Below the pieces are notes generated by a model. The model did not search any database, was not told the origin of the DNA, and worked only from the letters and a program-made list of their open reading frames with translations. Source: Eledone cirrhosa (lineage: Eukaryota). From it: 64,000 nucleotides of DNA. Below are positions 63,601-64,000 of this stretch, piece after piece; positions within the stretch are counted from its first letter, which is position 1; each line of letters opens with the position of its first letter. Location: NCBI GenBank assembly GCA_964016885.1, contig OZ024752.1:13764001-13828000 (forward strand). Reading direction: 5' to 3'. The position numbers and the translations under genes were made by a program.

Positions 63601-64000
63601 CCCAGGGAAATTGGAAGATCGTATTCTATGTTCGAACAAGATAAAAAAATGGACCAATTTACTGAGAAAGTTGTGCCTCGGTACCCGAGACGTAAACCAC
63701 AGACCGTAGAGGGATACATCATTCTAAAAGCCTGGCATTCTAAAAGCCTGGCTACATAATGTCGTCTTGCTACTACCTCCCTATGAGACACGATGTGATA
63801 GCTAGAACCATCTGCAGTGCACTTAGGAAAACAAAATTAAAAGCAAATGAGGAGGATATGTTGAGAAAGATGGCACTAAAGAATACAGGTGGGACCTGAA
63901 AATAAAAACTGCCACCAAATTAAAGCACAACCGGCCTGATATTGTTGTTTGGGATCACACATTGAAAACGTGCTCTGTTGTAGAGATCAGCTTCCCCCTA
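60671..64000 (+). mobile_element. R4/Dong-clade RLE non-LTR retrotransposon, degenerate, runs off the window end
   Basis: KSPGPDHI, YRPIAC, KAFDSVPH, KGIFQGDSLSVLLFVLSLNPLS (RT), ELSAYNK..HNTYAVP, SRKEVGRGL, RHD, HNRPDIVVWD..CSVVEIS (RLE); many stops and frameshifts. Confidence 0.9.
63152..63519 (-). mobile_element. Two stacked main-family SINEs inserted in the LINE
   Basis: GAAATAAT at 63144-63151 recurs after the insertions; CCAATCCAAGGAAATAAT duplicated at 63323-63340 and 63520-63537. Confidence 0.9.

Overview
Animal genomic DNA, AT-rich and almost entirely repeat-derived. The repeat families suggest a coleoid cephalopod such as Octopus; this is inference, with no database check. No intact long protein-coding gene is present, and most ORFs in the track are simple-repeat artefacts. 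The recognisable content is: a degenerate ~6.5 kb Helitron with Rep/PIF1-helicase remnants (16062-22533) plus non-autonomous Helitron-like copies carrying minisatellites; a degenerate R4/Dong-type RLE non-LTR retrotransposon running off the right end (60671-64000); RTE, CRE, mariner, hAT, pogo-like and piggyBac remnants; about 30 copies or fragments of one tRNA-derived SINE; and about ten minisatellite arrays, several visibly amplified from SINE, LINE or Helitron segments. The most striking structure is a ~2.8 kb foldback (30842-33630). Its two ~950 bp arms each end in an outward-facing minimal hammerhead-ribozyme-like motif followed by AATAAA, which resembles an inverted Penelope pLTR, and more hammerhead-like remnants occur elsewhere. 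SINE target-site duplications consistently start with ATTA, pointing to a TAA/ATT-targeting partner LINE. A few short exon candidates with good splice signals hint at a host gene (34.6-41.1 kb and 58.4 kb) that I cannot identify. Boundaries were read by eye and are approximate unless a TSD, TIR or splice site is quoted.
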